Assembly: GCA_016188475.1 (NCBI GenBank)
Contig: JACPHT010000006.1
Location: 2,330 to 66,329, forward strand
Direction of reading: 5' to 3'
Source: Candidatus Uhrbacteria bacterium
GTDB taxonomy: Bacteria; Patescibacteriota; Patescibacteriia; UBA9934; GWF2-40-263
DNA length: 64,000 nucleotides
Shown here: piece by piece, positions 41,596-51,757 of the stretch
How positions within the stretch are numbered: the first letter of the stretch is position 1
Layout of the letters: each line of letters opens with the position of its first letter
Notes under the pieces: model-generated
What the model was told of the DNA's origin: nothing
The model's input: only the letters and a program-made list of their open reading frames with translations
The model's database searches: none
Made by a program: the position numbers and the translations under genes

Positions 41596-42978
41596 TTATT
41601 CATCGGATACTGGAAAGATCGTTGAAAGCATGATTATTGTCTGCCGGAGATTTTCCGGAGGTACGTTTGCGAATTCAGCGATGGCATTTATGAAAAGAGC
41701 ACGATATTCCGACGGTATTTGCACGATAGATGCCGCGACTTTGAGCGTTGAAGCCACCCATGGGTATTCGTCAGTTACCAGCCGTATGTCGCTCTGACCA
41801 ATCTCTTGACCCGACACACTTGTGGCATCTGCACCATCATCATCCACTTCAACGTCAGTCTCGGCTTCGGACCCAGTTTCGAATTCTGTCTCCTCGTTCT
41901 CTTCGTCGCCATCTGGTGCTGGCTTGGCTTGATCGCCAGCTTCGCCGTCTTGGGTGTTGTGGGTTTCGTCCTCTTTCGGTCTTATCCTCTTTTCATTAGG
42001 ACCATATTCACTCATGTCTCTGGTCCACTTGTTCCCTGCGATCAGGCCTTCGTCAACCATACTTTTGAATAACTGCCGTGCGTAGAATGGAGTGCTTACA
42101 CCTATAATTTTTGCAAGTTCTCCTGCATCATTGAGGTCAAACTCGTATTTGAGTTTCTCTTCCGTTGTATCCCCGGGAGTGTTCTTCCATGCTGTACCAA
42201 GCCGTGTCCAATATCCAGAACGATGGACTGTTGCATTTTGTGAATCCCTTTTTTTATCTTTTCTTTCTGTTGGTGCTGGTGGTGCACTAGCCTCTGATCT
42301 TAAAAGGTCTATCGCCTTTTGCAGTAGCTTGTAGCGGGTCTCGCCGCCATCGCTCGTGCGCTCAAACCAACCTCTTCTGGAAGCATTATTCAAACGATAG
42401 ATTGCATCGATCCGTGTGGTCACTTTTTCAGAATTTGAGTTGATAATCCTAGCGATGACTCGTTCTTCTTCGGCCCAACCTGCTTCATCAGCGCATTTCT
42501 TTATTGCCGAGGCCAGCTCAATTTGCACAGCATTGGATTTTTCTCTCATGTTCGGTTCCCCTTTCCCCAGTTTAGACGGTTGTTCATCCGGTTGAGTATT
42601 TTCATTTGGTGGATCATCAACTGGCGGTGTTTCTTCATCTGGCTCTGATCCGGATTCTTGTTCAGACGCTGGCTCTTGAGCTGGTTCTGATTCTTGCGTT
42701 TGTTCATGCGCTCGCTCTGGAGGTGGCGGCGGCGTAGGTTTGCGCTTTACCGAAGGCGAGGCTTCTTCCGACATCTCGTCAAGTCCATCTGCTGAAATTG
42801 CAAACTCGATTCTATTACGTCTGCCTTGCGGACAACGCCAGCACGCCGTTCTGCGTTTTTCAAATGCATTGGCATCACAGTAATCATCAATGCATTTTTG
42901 CATAGATTGCTGTTTTCTTCTCGCTCTACAATAGAAATTGTTCTCAAGAACGCTTGGCCCGTCTGGCACGGTCTGCAT
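41596..42978 (-). CDS. Hypothetical protein, Cys-rich N-terminus and acidic/Pro-rich linkers
   Basis: 460-aa ORF with RBS-like GGAAAGGA; no recognised family. Confidence 0.7.
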   Translation of the reverse strand: MQTVPDGPSVLENNFYCRARRKQQSMQKCIDDYCDANAFEKRRTACWRCPQGRRNRIEFAISADGLDEMSEEASPSVKRKPTPPPPPERAHEQTQESEPAQEPASEQESGSEPDEETPPVDDPPNENTQPDEQPSKLGKGEPNMREKSNAVQIELASAIKKCADEAGWAEEERVIARIINSNSEKVTTRIDAIYRLNNASRRGWFERTSDGGETRYKLLQKAIDLLRSEASAPPAPTERKDKKRDSQNATVHRSGYWTRLGTAWKNTPGDTTEEKLKYEFDLNDAGELAKIIGVSTPFYARQLFKSMVDEGLIAGNKWTRDMSEYGPNEKRIRPKEDETHNTQDGEAGDQAKPAPDGDEENEETEFETGSEAETDVEVDDDGADATSVSGQEIGQSDIRLVTDEYPWVASTLKVAASIVQIPSEYRALFINAIAEFANVPPENLRQTIIMLSTIFPVSDE

Positions 42979-43114
42979 GCATACATCCTTTCCAATGGTA
43001 TTGCTGACCTATGAGTTGATGTAAGGAACGAACATTATTTGAAACTAGCATCCTATACGGTTTATTGTCAATGTCACTCCATCGCTTCTTCACTCTGTGC
43101 TATACTTTCCTTGT

Positions 43115-43546
43115 ATGTTTGATATTGCCAGTCTTCTTTTTTCAGATTCAAGCGTAGTTTTGTTTGGCGCCACACTTTTTGTATTCGGCGCCATACTTTG
43201 TTTAACGCTTTTGCTTAAACAAAATCCAAAACCAGTTCGAACGCTTATTGTTCTTCTTATAATTTTGTTTTTTCTTTTGCTTGGAATGGTAAGTTTGGAT
43301 TTGTTCGGAAGACGCACAGTGTATGCGTTTGAAAATTACGCGTCGTTTTCAGAACTTTTATCAACTCATCGCTTGCTTATTATTCAGCTTCCGTTTGTTT
43401 TGATCGTAAGCTCTATCGTTACATTGATCGTGTACGGCGAAAAAATTGCAAACGATCACGCGAAGGAATATCGCTATGCAATTATTGCTTCTGTTTGGAT
43501 CACGTTTTTAACGTTTTTGTTAATCGGTCTTGAATCAATGTTATAA
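43115..43546 (+). CDS. Hypothetical membrane protein
   Basis: About 4 TM segments. Confidence 0.7.
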   Translation: MFDIASLLFSDSSVVLFGATLFVFGAILCLTLLLKQNPKPVRTLIVLLIILFFLLLGMVSLDLFGRRTVYAFENYASFSELLSTHRLLIIQLPFVLIVSSIVTLIVYGEKIANDHAKEYRYAIIASVWITFLTFLLIGLESML

Positions 43547-43551
43547 AAATC

Positions 43552-43620
43552 GTTATTGCCTGAGCCTGTCGAAGGCTGTATTCAATTTTATCCATTCGAT
43601 GAGCTCACGGAATAAAATTT
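43552..43620. repeat. REP-like pair
   Basis: CCTGAGCCTGTCGAAGG (43559-43575) plus degenerate inverted copy (43592-43610). Confidence 0.8.
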
Positions 43621-43626
43621 ATTTAT

Positions 43627-43983
43627 ATGAAACTTTTTGAACGATTTCGAAATCGAATTCACGAGTCAATCGCGCTTGGTGCGTTCATGTCCGCGGCTCT
43701 GACTTTACAAATCGCTTGGATCAGCAATCTTCTTGTTCATCGAAGTGAAACCGTACGCGATCTTTTTAACATTTTGCCTTCCATTGGTCCTATCTCTGGA
43801 TTATATTTCAAAACAATTATCGCATACGTATTTTTATTCGGTTTGTCAGTTTTATTTTTCAAAGGCCGCGATTGTTCTGTTTGGCGCGGTCGAGTTTTTG
43901 GATTTTTTTATATCTCCATCGTCATGTTTTTTGTACTAACGATGCCGGTTGTTTACGAATTTTCAGTGAGTGTTAGCGAATAG
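43627..43983 (+). CDS. Hypothetical membrane protein
   Basis: 3 TMs, GP.SG motif. Confidence 0.7.
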   Translation: MKLFERFRNRIHESIALGAFMSAALTLQIAWISNLLVHRSETVRDLFNILPSIGPISGLYFKTIIAYVFLFGLSVLFFKGRDCSVWRGRVFGFFYISIVMFFVLTMPVVYEFSVSVSE

Positions 43984-44003
43984 TGGATGTGGTGAATTTG
44001 TTT

Positions 44004-44039
44004 ATCACACTTAACTACCGATCGGTAGTTAAGTGTGAT
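44004..44039. repeat. Perfect 36-bp palindrome
   Basis: ATCACACTTAACTACCGA-TCGGTAGTTAAGTGTGAT with no spacer. Confidence 0.9.
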
Positions 44040-44079
44040 TCCTTGTATTTTTTTTCAGGATCGGTTAAGTTTTCAGTCT

Positions 44080-45543
44080 ATGGATATTTCAGTTAAAAAA
44101 GGGAAAATTTTTGAACAAATTTGCGATGTTTTGATTCTTTTCATTTTTCAGGGTTCAGAGCATTCAGACGATTTCATTTCAACAGTTCTTAAAGAGGAAA
44201 AGTTCAAAGGCAAACTTTGCCAGTCTGTTTTAATTCGAACCGATGGTAAACTTCCAGCAAAACGAGTTTTGGTTGTTGGACTTGGAAAAAAAGAAGAGTT
44301 TGATCTTCAAGCTTTGCGACGCGCTTCTGCTGCTGCATATTTGACTGCAAAAGCGATTGAACCAAAAACAATAGCATTAGAGTTTTTTAGCGCGCCAAAT
44401 TTTAACGCAAAACAAGTTGCACAAGCGGTTGTTGAAAGCATCCGTCTTTCTGATTACAGTTTTACAAAATACAAAAAAGAAAATGGAAACGGAAAAAATA
44501 AAACGCAAAGTTTTGTTTTTGTTACAGACGATGGACGAATACTTCGACAAGCACAGCAAGGAATTGAACACGGAGAACTTGCGGCGCGCGCAACAATTTT
44601 TACACGCGATCTTGTTAACACTCCAGCGCAAGATATGCGTCCGATTGATCTTGTTGAATCTGCAAAATCAATCGCAAAAGGGAATGGCGCGATTCGTGTT
44701 CGTGTGTTTGATAAAGCTCAACTTGAAAAAATGGGAGCTGGAGGAATTTTGGGAATTGCAAAAGGCTCTGATGATCCGCCGTATTTAGTTCATTTAACAT
44801 ATCGTCCAAAGAAAAAAACAAAAAAGAAAATTGCGATTGTTGGAAAGGGAATAACGTTTGACTCTGGTGGTTTGTCTCTCAAACCAGCAGCCAGCATGTT
44901 TACAATGAAAATTGACATGGCAGGCGCGGCTGATGTTTTAGGTTTGTTTTCCGTGATAGATGAGATCGCGCCAGCAGTAGAAGTTCATGGAATTTTTGCC
45001 GCAGTTGAACACATGCCGTCAGGGTGCGCTGTTCGTCCTGGTGATATTTTGCGCGCTATGAACGGAAAAACAATGGAGATATTAAATACAGACGCGGAAG
45101 GTCGCGTGATTTTGGCTGATTCGCTTTTGTATGCTGTTAAACAAAAACCAGACATGATTATTGATCTAGCTACTTTGACTGGCGCTTGCATGGTTGCGCT
45201 TGGAGATGAAATTACAGGTGTTTTATCAAACGACGCAAAACTCGCGAATCGTGTTTTGACTGCCGCGGCTGGAGCCGAAGAAAAAATGTGGGAACTTCCT
45301 CTTGAAAAAAATTACAAACAATTTTTAAAATCAGATGTTGCTGATTTGAAAAATATCGGTGGAAAGTATGGAGATGTTATTTCAGCCGGTTTGTTTTTAG
45401 AAGAGTTTGTGAATAAAACTCCTTGGGCACATTTGGATATTGCTGGTCCATGTTTTGCAGAACGTGATTTTGATGAATATACAAAAAAAGGCGCGACCGG
45501 TCACGGTGTACGCACCTTGATTGAATTTTTGAAAGCGTTCTAG
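44080..45543 (+). CDS. pepA: Leucyl aminopeptidase (M17)
   Basis: VGKGITFDSGG, MKIDMAG, NTDAEGR, DLATLTGA, WAHLDIAG. Confidence 0.95.
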   Translation: MDISVKKGKIFEQICDVLILFIFQGSEHSDDFISTVLKEEKFKGKLCQSVLIRTDGKLPAKRVLVVGLGKKEEFDLQALRRASAAAYLTAKAIEPKTIALEFFSAPNFNAKQVAQAVVESIRLSDYSFTKYKKENGNGKNKTQSFVFVTDDGRILRQAQQGIEHGELAARATIFTRDLVNTPAQDMRPIDLVESAKSIAKGNGAIRVRVFDKAQLEKMGAGGILGIAKGSDDPPYLVHLTYRPKKKTKKKIAIVGKGITFDSGGLSLKPAASMFTMKIDMAGAADVLGLFSVIDEIAPAVEVHGIFAAVEHMPSGCAVRPGDILRAMNGKTMEILNTDAEGRVILADSLLYAVKQKPDMIIDLATLTGACMVALGDEITGVLSNDAKLANRVLTAAAGAEEKMWELPLEKNYKQFLKSDVADLKNIGGKYGDVISAGLFLEEFVNKTPWAHLDIAGPCFAERDFDEYTKKGATGHGVRTLIEFLKAF

Positions 45544-46073
45544 TCATTTTGACTTTTTCCGAGTGTTTTTTCTCCGGCTTTCCATTCCAAAGGACATCGT
45601 TCGCCTGTTTGAAGTGCCTGAAGTACACGAAGTGTTTCAGTTACTGATCGTCCAATTCCAGGGTCTTGATACAACGCATATCGCAAAATACAGTCAGGAT
45701 CAATAATGAAAGTTCCGCGAAGGGCAATGCCATTGTCTTCCAGTAAAACTCCATAGTCGCGCGAAATCGTTCGAGTGATATCCGAAAAAAGTGGATATTT
45801 CAACTCACCCAAATCTTTGAGCCATGCTTTGTGTGAATAAACAGAGTCTGTTGATCCGCCAAGCACATCAGCGTTCAATTGTTTGAATTCGTCGTATCGC
45901 GCAGAAAAGCCAGTGATTTCTGTTGGACACACGAACGTGAAATCAAGCGGATAGAAAAATAAAACCAGCCATTTGTTTTTGTAATCATTCGAGCCAACTT
46001 TGATAAATTCTCCGTTGCCGCTGACAGCTTCAGCTTGAAAATGTGGCGCGACTTTTCCGATAAAATTATTCAT
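45540..46073 (-). CDS. ahpC: 2-Cys peroxiredoxin
   Basis: FYPLDFTFVCPTE, GIGRS..E.LR, CP..W. Confidence 0.93.
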   Translation of the reverse strand: MNNFIGKVAPHFQAEAVSGNGEFIKVGSNDYKNKWLVLFFYPLDFTFVCPTEITGFSARYDEFKQLNADVLGGSTDSVYSHKAWLKDLGELKYPLFSDITRTISRDYGVLLEDNGIALRGTFIIDPDCILRYALYQDPGIGRSVTETLRVLQALQTGERCPLEWKAGEKTLGKSQND

Positions 46074-46693
46074 AATGATATATTTTTGACTTTTTCAAAA
46101 ATTTGATTCGCCATATCCCAATTAAAGTTTTTCCAAAAGTCTGCGATGTAAGCCGCGCGATCTGAACCGTAATCAATAAAATAAGCGTGTTCGTAAACGT
46201 CCAACACGATAATCGGGATGCATCCCCATATTCCTCCTTGGTTGTGCGCGTCAGCTCCGTAGATTTTCAGTCGTCCAATGTGAGTATCCCACGCAAGAAC
46301 AACCCAGCCTCGCATTGCCATGCCAGTTGCTGAAAATATCGTCGTGAATTTTCCAAGCGATCCGTATTTTTCAACGATCGCATCAACAAGAACACCTTTC
46401 GCTTCGCCTGTTCCACCAAGTCCATCAAAATAATGTTCATGCAGATAAACCCCGTTTGTCGCAAAAGTTTCTCCGTCTTTCAAACCTCGTAATTGAGAGT
46501 ATGTTTGATTCGCTGTTTCCAATCCTGTCCCAGACGCGATCATTTCTTTCAATTGCTCCGCGATCTCTTTCATTTTTTTCACATATCCGACATAAAGCTT
46601 GTCATGATGAATTTCAATTGTCTTTTTTGAAATCCCGGTTAAATCTTTTGTAAAAGGAAGCGGCTTTGGTTCGTATTGTGTTTGGGAAGGCAT
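46070..46693 (-). CDS. sod: Fe/Mn superoxide dismutase
   Basis: HHDKLY, LHE.YF, GW..L, LDVYEHAYFIDY. Confidence 0.9.
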   Translation of the reverse strand: MPSQTQYEPKPLPFTKDLTGISKKTIEIHHDKLYVGYVKKMKEIAEQLKEMIASGTGLETANQTYSQLRGLKDGETFATNGVYLHEHYFDGLGGTGEAKGVLVDAIVEKYGSLGKFTTIFSATGMAMRGWVVLAWDTHIGRLKIYGADAHNQGGIWGCIPIIVLDVYEHAYFIDYGSDRAAYIADFWKNFNWDMANQIFEKVKNISL

Positions 46694-46704
46694 AAATCGA
46701 AAAC

Positions 46705-46962
46705 AAGAAGTTAGAGAAGTTAAAGAAGCTGAAGAAGTTGTAGTGGAAGTCTTTTCCAGCCTAAAGGCCGGATCCGGCTCTGCCGGAAACCTTTCAGAAT
46801 AAGGAAATGGAAAAAATTGTTGACAACTTTTCACAGGGGTGAAAAAACGTCAACACTTCAGACCGAGCTTCAACTTTATATGTCGCTATGTTGTAGAAGA
46901 AGGTTTTTCCTTGTAAAAGTTAGAGAAGTTAGAGAAGCTGGAGAAGTTAGAGAAGCTGGAGA
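46705..46962 (+). repeat. Two short arrays of 9-bp purine-rich tandem units (AGAAGTTAG/AGAAGCTGG) with palindromes between them
   Basis: Arrays at ~46706-46741 and ~46916-46962. Confidence 0.65.
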
Positions 46963-47008
46963 GGCTTGTGGTAGCTGTCTGAATCCTACGGTACAATAAT
47001 AACACTTT

Positions 47009-47929
47009 ATGAATCGTCTTCAAATGATTAGTGGAATTTTAAGCATTGTTATTATTGGAAGTATTATTGTTTATTTTCAATATCGTTTTTATCGTACGCC
47101 AATCGCGTCAACTCAAGACCAAGCTGTTTTAGTTTCTGGAGGTTCGTTAAAAGACGGTATTCCTTCAATTGACGAACCGAAGTTTGAATCTGTTTCAGTT
47201 GCTGATCAATATCTTGATGATAAAGGTTATGGACTTTTTGTTTCATTAAACGGCAAACAACGATTTTATCCATATCAAATTCTTGTTTGGCATGAAGTTG
47301 TGAATGATGTGTTTGGAAAAACTCCAATTTTGATTTCATATTGTGCATTGTGTTTTTCTGGAAGCGCTTATGACCGGACAGTAAACGGAGTTGTTGTTCA
47401 ATTTGGTGTGTCTGGAAAACTCATGGACAATCATCCTGTTTTGTATAACAAACAAACAGATGAACTTTTAACTCCGCCTTTTGAAACACAACTAAAACCT
47501 GTTTTATCACTTGTAATGACCTGGGCGAATTTCAAAAATAATTTTCCAAACGGACAGGTTTTGTCGCGCGAAACAGAATTTGTGCGAGACTACACTGCAG
47601 ATCCGTACAAAAATTATGACACAAACAATGCTGTCTTATTTCCTGTTAGTCATCAAGACGATCGCTTGTCCGTGAAAACAGTTGTGTTTGGATATATAAA
47701 CGATCAAACGCAAAAAGCATATCCACTTGACTTGATTAAATCAGCCGGAACAGTTAATGATGTAGTTGGAAATGAAGAAGTCGTAATTTTTTGGGATGAG
47801 AAGCTTGAAACAGTTCGTGGATTTTCTAAACAAGATGGAAAAGAAGAGCCTATAATTTTGCGAAGTTTTTATTGGTTTAGTTGGGCAACGTTTCATCCAA
47901 AAACAGAACTTCTAGAAATTAATGAATAA
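47009..47929 (+). CDS. DUF3179-family protein
   Basis: KDGIPSIDEPKF, YP..IL.WHEVVND, YC.LC, FGVSGKL, YWFSW..FHP.T. Confidence 0.85.
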   Translation: MNRLQMISGILSIVIIGSIIVYFQYRFYRTPIASTQDQAVLVSGGSLKDGIPSIDEPKFESVSVADQYLDDKGYGLFVSLNGKQRFYPYQILVWHEVVNDVFGKTPILISYCALCFSGSAYDRTVNGVVVQFGVSGKLMDNHPVLYNKQTDELLTPPFETQLKPVLSLVMTWANFKNNFPNGQVLSRETEFVRDYTADPYKNYDTNNAVLFPVSHQDDRLSVKTVVFGYINDQTQKAYPLDLIKSAGTVNDVVGNEEVVIFWDEKLETVRGFSKQDGKEEPIILRSFYWFSWATFHPKTELLEINE

Positions 47930-47943
47930 AAATTTTTCCTATT

Positions 47944-48618
47944 ATGCCCACCCTCTACATTGTCGCAACACCAATTGGAAATTTGAAAGACTTAAGCGAG
48001 CGTGCGAAAACCATACTTGCTTCTGTTCACACTGTCTTGTGTGAAGACACGCGAGTTACAAGTAAACTTTTTAAAACCATTGGATCGAAACCAAAACTTT
48101 TGTCGTTCCATCAACATTCAGACAATACAAAAACGAATATAGTGATAAAACTCCTTGAGCAAGGCAACGATCTCGCACTCGTCACAGATGCTGGAACACC
48201 AGGAATTTCAGATCCGGGTGGAAAATTGATCGAGACGCTTGTTAAACATTTTGGTTCAGAGCTCACGATCGTGCCGATTCCAGGGCCAAGCGCTGTTATC
48301 GCGGCTTTGTCAGTAAGCGGTTTTCCAACTGATGAATTTATTTTCCTCGGATTTCCTCCAAACAAAAAAGGAAGACAAAATTTTTTTGATCGACTTTCTG
48401 AATACGAAATAACGATTGTGTTTTATGAAAGTACACATCGCATTTTGAAAACACTCGACGAAATTAAAAAACGTTTTCCAAATTGTCAGCTTGTTGTTTG
48501 TCGTGAATTAACAAAAGTGTACGAGACTATATATCGCGGAACAGCCATTGAAGTGACAGAAAAGTTAAAAGCAAGTAGTATTAAAGGCGAATTTGTAATA
48601 GTCATCTCGAATCATTGA
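47944..48618 (+). CDS. rsmI: 16S rRNA (cytidine1402-2'-O)-methyltransferase
   Basis: LYIVATPIGNL.D, EDTR, DAGTPGISDPG, RELTK.YE, KGEFV. Confidence 0.95.
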   Translation: MPTLYIVATPIGNLKDLSERAKTILASVHTVLCEDTRVTSKLFKTIGSKPKLLSFHQHSDNTKTNIVIKLLEQGNDLALVTDAGTPGISDPGGKLIETLVKHFGSELTIVPIPGPSAVIAALSVSGFPTDEFIFLGFPPNKKGRQNFFDRLSEYEITIVFYESTHRILKTLDEIKKRFPNCQLVVCRELTKVYETIYRGTAIEVTEKLKASSIKGEFVIVISNH

Positions 48619-48620
48619 AG

Positions 48621-48689
48621 AATATTCCCTGAGCCTGTCGAAGGAATAAAATTTATTACTGCCTTCGACTAGCTCAGGCAATAAATTTT
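48621..48689. repeat. REP-like inverted pair
   Basis: 48628-48644 and 48662-48678. Confidence 0.85.
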
Positions 48690-48690
48690 T

Positions 48691-50136
48691 ATGAACCGAT
48701 TTTATATCTCAACAGCCATTCCATACGTAAACGCTGATCCGCACATAGGTTTTGCGCTTGAAATTATTTTAACTGATGCAGTAGCGCGTTATTATCGTCA
48801 CAAACTTGGCGCCGAAAATGTTTTTGCGCTGACTGGAACAGATGAAAACAGTTTGAAAAATGTTCGTGCCGCTGAAGACGCCAACGAAGATGTCGCATCT
48901 TATGTTGAACGTTATGCCAACGAGTTTCGATCTTTGAAAGACATACTTGATCTTTCTTTTAATGATTTCATTCGAACTCACGAAGAACGTCACATTCACG
49001 GCGCTCAAAAACTTTGGAGCGCGTGCAAACCAGAAGATATCTACAAAAAAATGTATCGCGGTTTGTATTGTGTCGGATGTGAAACTTTTTACACGGATAA
49101 AGAAGTTCCAGATGAAATTTGTCCTGAACACAAAAAACCTCTCGAGGTAGTTGAAGAAGAAAATTATTTTTTCAAACTTTCAAATTATCAAGATCAACTC
49201 ATTGAACTGATTGAAAAGGGAGATTTACGTATTGTTCCAGAATCAAGAAAAAATGAAGTTTTGAGTTTTATCAAACAAGGTCTTGAAGATTTTTCGATTT
49301 CTCGTTCGCAAGAACGCGCGAAGCATTGGGGCGTCACAGTTCCAAACGATGAATCTCAAGTGATGTATGTTTGGTTTGACGCGCTTTCAAATTACATAAC
49401 AGCGCTTGGTTATGCAGACGACACTGAAACCTACAAAAAGTTTTGGATAGAAAACGATCATCGTGCGCACGTGATTGGAAAAGGAATTTTGCGTTTTCAC
49501 GCTGTGTATTGGCCAGCGATTTTATTGTCCGCTGGAGTTCCTCTGCCAAACGAACTTTTTGTTCATGGCTACATAACAGTTGAAGGTGAAAAAATGTCAA
49601 AGTCGCTTGGGAACACAATCCATCCAAAAGCTCTTGTAGATGAATTTGGAACAGACGCTGTGCGATATTATTTTCTTCGTGAAATTCCTTCACATGGTGA
49701 CGGAGATTATTCAAAAGCTCGTATGGAAGAACGTTATGGCGAACTTGCAAATCAGCTTGGAAATTTGGTTGGACGTGTCGCGACAATGGCTGTTAAGTAT
49801 TTCAACGGACAACTTGATGACACAAACAAAGATTGGTCAGCGAAAGAAACTGCGCTTGATACACACATGAAGAATTATGATTTGCGATCATATATAGATG
49901 AAGTGTTTGAGGTTGTATCAGACGCGAATGAACTAACGGACAAAAAATCACCATTCAAATTAGTGAAGGAAGATTCAGCATCCGCGAAAGCGGTTTTGTC
50001 AGAGCTCGCTGATATGATTCGATTTATTGCTCGATCACTTTTGCCAATAATTCCACACAGTGCAGAGGAAATTCTCCGCAGATATGGTAAAGTAATAGAG
50101 GTTGGTGAGCCTTTATTTCCGCGAAGAGATAAATAG
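48691..50136 (+). CDS. metG: Methionyl-tRNA synthetase
   Basis: PYVN..PHIG, YCVGCE..CPEH, YVWFDAL, KMSKS. Confidence 0.96.
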   Translation: MNRFYISTAIPYVNADPHIGFALEIILTDAVARYYRHKLGAENVFALTGTDENSLKNVRAAEDANEDVASYVERYANEFRSLKDILDLSFNDFIRTHEERHIHGAQKLWSACKPEDIYKKMYRGLYCVGCETFYTDKEVPDEICPEHKKPLEVVEEENYFFKLSNYQDQLIELIEKGDLRIVPESRKNEVLSFIKQGLEDFSISRSQERAKHWGVTVPNDESQVMYVWFDALSNYITALGYADDTETYKKFWIENDHRAHVIGKGILRFHAVYWPAILLSAGVPLPNELFVHGYITVEGEKMSKSLGNTIHPKALVDEFGTDAVRYYFLREIPSHGDGDYSKARMEERYGELANQLGNLVGRVATMAVKYFNGQLDDTNKDWSAKETALDTHMKNYDLRSYIDEVFEVVSDANELTDKKSPFKLVKEDSASAKAVLSELADMIRFIARSLLPIIPHSAEEILRRYGKVIEVGEPLFPRRDK

Positions 50137-50187
50137 TGTTTGTTTCTCGGTCCTTTCAGACCTCTCAGTCCTTTCAGGCTTTTCACT

Positions 50188-50685
50188 ATGACATTCATTG
50201 ACATTTTAATCATAGTCATCATTGCCGCGTTTGTTTTCTTTGGTTTCTTTTTTGGATTTGTTCATACATTTGGAAGTTTGATTGGAACTATTGTTGGAAT
50301 TTTTATTGCGTCGCATCTTGTTGATCCGACGTTTAGCATGTTCGGTTTTTTGCTTGGCAACGGAGATTTTGCAAAAGTGATAGTGTTCATTATTTTATTT
50401 TTGCTCACATCTCGCATTATCGGTTTACTGTTGTGGTTTGTTAATGGTTTGTTTTACGCTTTTGCGTTCATACCGTTTGCTGGAATGTTTAATCGTTTAA
50501 TCGGCGCGCTGTTCGGTTTTGTTGAAGGAGTTGTTGTGGTAGGCGTCATAATTTTTTACGCAATGCAAATTCTTCCGGACGACACACTTCTTTTCGCGCT
50601 CGAAGGATCAGTAATGGCTAAATATCTTGTTGCTGCGATGATGGCTTTGCAAGTGTTTTTTCCAGAAGGAATGAAAGTGAAATAA
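50188..50685 (+). CDS. cvpA: CvpA family membrane protein
   Basis: D...I....GF..GF; NRLIGALFG..EG. Confidence 0.8.
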   Translation: MTFIDILIIVIIAAFVFFGFFFGFVHTFGSLIGTIVGIFIASHLVDPTFSMFGFLLGNGDFAKVIVFIILFLLTSRIIGLLLWFVNGLFYAFAFIPFAGMFNRLIGALFGFVEGVVVVGVIIFYAMQILPDDTLLFALEGSVMAKYLVAAMMALQVFFPEGMKVK

Positions 50686-50686
50686 T

Positions 50687-51547
50687 ATGCTCTTCGATAC
50701 CCATTGCCACGTTCAATTTCATTCGTACAAAAATGACATGGACGAAGTTATCAAACGCACCTTGGAAAAAGGTGTTTTTATGATTACGGTTGGAACGCAA
50801 AGCGACACAAGTCGAACAGGACTTGAGGTTGCTGAAAAATACGAAGGTGTGTGGGCTTCGATCGGACTTCATCCTTATCATCTTCATAAACAAGAATTTG
50901 CAGATGAAAATGAAACCGTTCATACTCGAACCGAAAAGTTTGATTTAGATTTGTTTCGAAAACTCGCGCAACATCCAAAGTGTATTGCGGTAGGAGAGTG
51001 TGGTTTGGATTATTTTCACATGCCTCCAAACGTTGATCGTGAAGAAGTGATTCGAGAACAAAAAGAAACAGTTCGCGCGCAATTTGATCTTACGACTGAA
51101 ATGAATTTGCCAGTTATTATTCATTGTCGCGATGCTTATGAAGATCAACTTGAAATGGTTGAAGAATATGTGAAAGAAGGGAAGTTGGCTCGACGTGGTG
51201 TTGTGCATTGTTTTGTTGGAACACAGGACATCGCAGATCGGTTTTTAGATTTAGGATTTTATATTTCATTCACTGGAATTTTAACTTTTCCACCACGTAA
51301 GAGTGAAAAAGGGGAAGATGGTTTGTCGCCAATACAACGCATAGCAAAAAATGTTCCACTTGAACGTCTACTTGTTGAAACAGATGCGCCGTATTTAACA
51401 CCTGTTCCGTATCGCGGAGAAAGAAACGAACCATGGATGGTTCAATTTGTCGCTGAAAAAATCGCAGAGCTAAAAGGGATAGATGTTGATGAAGTCGAGC
51501 GAGTCACAACAGAAAATGCGAAAAAATTATTTTTGTTGTCATTCTGA
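50687..51547 (+). CDS. tatD: TatD family DNase
   Basis: DTHCH, GLHP, GECGLD, IIHCR, VHCF, ETDAPY. Confidence 0.95.
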   Translation: MLFDTHCHVQFHSYKNDMDEVIKRTLEKGVFMITVGTQSDTSRTGLEVAEKYEGVWASIGLHPYHLHKQEFADENETVHTRTEKFDLDLFRKLAQHPKCIAVGECGLDYFHMPPNVDREEVIREQKETVRAQFDLTTEMNLPVIIHCRDAYEDQLEMVEEYVKEGKLARRGVVHCFVGTQDIADRFLDLGFYISFTGILTFPPRKSEKGEDGLSPIQRIAKNVPLERLLVETDAPYLTPVPYRGERNEPWMVQFVAEKIAELKGIDVDEVERVTTENAKKLFLLSF

Positions 51548-51569
51548 GCGACAGCAAAGGATCTTGAAT

Positions 51570-51672
51570 AAACAAAGATCGTGATGCTACATCTCCGGGC
51601 CAACGCCGTGCCTGCCTTTGGCAGGGACTCCTCGCCGTTGTTCCCTGCGACGTAGCATCACGCTCTTTGTTT
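51570..51672. repeat. Hairpin element family C, copy 1
   Basis: Core TCTCCGGGCCAACG..GACTCCTCGCCGTTG inside arms GTGATGCTAC/GTAGCATCAC; related to 63226-63300 and 54795-54822. Confidence 0.75.
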
Positions 51673-51757
51673 TTTTGATATTCATTTTTCCGAGTGGAAT
51701 TGAAAGAGTTGTTGGAAACAAAAAGCAGTAATGAAAGATTCACTACTGCAAAGAGAG

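Noticed and set aside
46694-46834. N-terminal extension of SOD in the ORF track
   Set aside because: It is translated from 9-bp repeats and palindromes; SOD homology begins at ATG 46693.
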